Shown here: in pieces, positions 62,124-64,000 of the stretch | How the letters are laid out: every line of letters begins with the position of its first letter | Position numbering within the stretch: the stretch's first letter is position 1 | Assembly (NCBI GenBank): GCA_035715365.1 | Contig: DASTLB010000022.1 | Span: 208,242-272,241 of the forward strand | Direction of reading: 5' to 3' | Source of the DNA: Kofleriaceae bacterium | GTDB lineage: Bacteria > Myxococcota_A > Polyangia > Haliangiales > Haliangiaceae | Length of the DNA stretch: 64,000 nucleotides | Notes under the pieces: model-generated | The model's input: the letters and a program-made list of their open reading frames with translations, nothing else | What the model was told of the DNA's origin: nothing | The model's database searches: none | Translations under genes and position numbers: made by a program

Positions 62124-63635
62124 GTGTCAGATCGTCGGATGCGAATCGCCGCGTCGCTCGTGCTCGTGCTCGGATGCAGCGAGCCCGCACCGCCGACGAC
62201 GCTCGTCGACGCGGCGCCCGACGCCGGCGCGATCGACGACCCGTTCACCGGCAGGTTCGACGATCCGGCCGACTTTCCGCGCACGAGCTGCCGCGCCGGC
62301 GCGCTGGCCGGGTTCGCGCACGCCGAGCTCTACCCGGCGCTCGCGATGCGCACGACGGTCGACGGCGCGCTCGCCACGTACGTCGCGCGCTCCCTCGACG
62401 ACGTCCTCGTCCCGCACCAGCTGACCGCGGATGACCTGTTCGTCCGCCACGTCGAGCTCTACCCGCAGCATGCCGAGCTGATCGCGATCGACGTCTGCGA
62501 TGTCGATGCCGACGGCACGCTGCGCGGCGCGATCGCGCGCTGTCTCGAGGACGCGTCGTCGACGTTCCCGTGCACCGCGTCGGAGTTCGTCGCGTCGCCG
62601 CTGCACCGGATCGCCGGCGAGTCCGACGGCGAGCACCTGTCGCTCGTCGGCGAGCTCGGCGGCGACTGGCCGCGCGGGTCGTCGAACGTCCGCGTCGTCG
62701 GCGATCTCGCGTACCTGTCGCGGCTCGAGGACGGGCTGCGGATCGTCTCGATCGCGAACGCCGCGGCGCCGGTCGAGCTCGGCCACCTCGCCGTGCCGAA
62801 CGACTTCGCGAACGACCTCGCGATCGTCAGCAGCAGCGATGGCCGGCGCTACGCGGTCGTCGCGTCGACGTTCGCGAACATCATCGATGTCACCGATCCG
62901 CGCGATCCCCAGCTCGTCGCGCAGCTGCCGTTCAACCCGCACACCGTGTTCGTCGAGGGCACGACCGCGTACTTCGTGACCGGTGGCAATGCGGTCGTGT
63001 CGATCTGGGACCTGTCCGCGCCGCGCACGCCAAAGCGGCTCGCGCAGTGGACCGCGCCGGACTCGCCGACCGGGATCCCGCCCGCGTGGCACGACGTCTA
63101 CGTCACCGGCGGCATCGCGTATCTGTCGGACATGTTCGGCGTCGGCATGGTCGTCGTCGACTTTCGCGACCCGACGCAGCCGATCGTGCTCGGCGGCGAG
63201 ACCGGCGCGTCCGATCACCTGTGGCACACGCCATGGCTGACCACGGTCGGCGGCAAGCGGCTCGCGCTCGACGGCGACGAGTCGACGGTGACCGGGTTTC
63301 GCATCCTCGACGGCGATCCCGCGTCGCCGACGCTGCTCGCGACGCGCGGCGAGTGGAAGCTGCGCGACGAGGTCCCGGCGCACGATCTGATGGCGATCGG
63401 CGCGCGCGTCTACCTCGCGCACTATCGCGACGGCGTGCGCGTCGTCGACATCTCGAACCCGGCGAGCCCGCAGCAGATCGCGTACTACAACACGTGGATC
63501 GAAGGCACCGGGACGGCATCGGGGTTCGAGGCCGCGTTCGGGATCGATCTCGATCCGGCGCGCAAGCGCATCTATGTCGCGGACGCGACGCGCGGCCTCC
63601 TGATCCTGCAAGGCGACACGACGGTGTTTCCGTAG
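62124..63635 (+). CDS. LVIVD-repeat beta-propeller lipoprotein (paralogue of 40222-42174)
   Basis: Lipobox LVLGC. VVDISNPASP, VVVDFRDPTQP repeats. Confidence 0.7.
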   Translation: MSDRRMRIAASLVLVLGCSEPAPPTTLVDAAPDAGAIDDPFTGRFDDPADFPRTSCRAGALAGFAHAELYPALAMRTTVDGALATYVARSLDDVLVPHQLTADDLFVRHVELYPQHAELIAIDVCDVDADGTLRGAIARCLEDASSTFPCTASEFVASPLHRIAGESDGEHLSLVGELGGDWPRGSSNVRVVGDLAYLSRLEDGLRIVSIANAAAPVELGHLAVPNDFANDLAIVSSSDGRRYAVVASTFANIIDVTDPRDPQLVAQLPFNPHTVFVEGTTAYFVTGGNAVVSIWDLSAPRTPKRLAQWTAPDSPTGIPPAWHDVYVTGGIAYLSDMFGVGMVVVDFRDPTQPIVLGGETGASDHLWHTPWLTTVGGKRLALDGDESTVTGFRILDGDPASPTLLATRGEWKLRDEVPAHDLMAIGARVYLAHYRDGVRVVDISNPASPQQIAYYNTWIEGTGTASGFEAAFGIDLDPARKRIYVADATRGLLILQGDTTVFP

Positions 63636-63662
63636 CGCACCGTCTGCGCGTTTCGCGGCGCG

Positions 63663-64000
63663 ATGCCGGGTACGCGCGCTGCAATGCATCCGGGCGTGAC
63701 GCTTCCGGAGCTCTATCGCCAGATGCTGCGCGCGCGCACGTTCGAGCTCGCGATCGCCGAGCTCTGGCAGCGTGGGCGGATCTCGGGCGAGCTTCACCTC
63801 GGGACCGGCGAGGAGGCGATCGTCGCCGGCGTGGTCACGCACCTGCGCGACGACGACAGCGTTTCGCTGACCCATCGCTGCACCCCGGCGCTCGTCGTTC
63901 GCGGTGTACCGCTCGTGCCGATCTTGCGCGAGCTGCTCGGCGAGCCGGACGGGCTGTGCGGTGGCATCGCCGGCCACATGCACCTCGCGTCGCGCGAGTA
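63663..64000 (+). CDS. Thiamine-diphosphate-dependent 2-oxoacid dehydrogenase E1 alpha subunit, 5' part only (runs off the window end)
   Basis: Manual translation: MPGTRAAMHPGVTLPELYRQMLRARTFELAIAELWQRGRISGELHLGTGEEA... No stop before position 64000. Confidence 0.65.
   Translation, partial: MPGTRAAMHPGVTLPELYRQMLRARTFELAIAELWQRGRISGELHLGTGEEAIVAGVVTHLRDDDSVSLTHRCTPALVVRGVPLVPILRELLGEPDGLCGGIAGHMHLASRE

Overview
This is a 64 kb, very GC-rich (about 70%+) chromosomal segment, dense with convergent and divergent genes and carrying about 70 protein-coding genes. Its content — many lipobox lipoproteins, three Hanks-type Ser/Thr kinases, LVIVD beta-propeller lipoproteins and an OmpA with thrombospondin-type-3 repeats — points to a Myxococcota-like organism. 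This taxonomic placement is an inference. I found no rRNA, tRNA, CRISPR array, transposase or integrase. Because of the high GC content, every region contains long Arg/Ala/Pro-rich ORFs in alternative frames. I treated these as artefacts and called genes only where the translated protein has recognisable family motifs or a signal peptide. Recognisable housekeeping genes include an adenosylcobalamin-dependent ribonucleotide reductase (nrdJ), a minCDE operon, a PPi-type phosphofructokinase, a Leu/Phe/Val dehydrogenase, a cyclophilin peptidyl-prolyl isomerase, a tRNA dihydrouridine synthase, a queuine tRNA-ribosyltransferase (tgt) and a MinD/MinE-adjacent set of lipoproteins. The most notable observations follow. 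(1) Two small genes encode proteins with textbook double-glycine (GG) secretion leaders. One has a Gly-zipper bacteriocin-like core (35123-35443). The other has a DPBB/3D-like peptidoglycan-associated domain and is tightly coupled to a small Cys-containing partner gene (54279-54923). (2) tgt is fused in frame to an MnmC-type (DUF752) methyltransferase domain, joining two different wobble-base modification enzymes. (3) A conserved 24-nt inverted-repeat element (GGGGACAGGCTACACTTCGTCAAC) occurs at two convergent-gene junctions, once as a nested double palindrome. (4) Three secreted paralogues of an unrecognised family (shared motif VYPF(A/G)GGDL) lie within 28 kb. (5) Two tandem secreted paralogues form an operon with a tetrahaem cytochrome c. 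(6) nrdJ has a roughly 670 nt leader with lower GC, direct-repeat motifs and NrdR-box-like palindromes.
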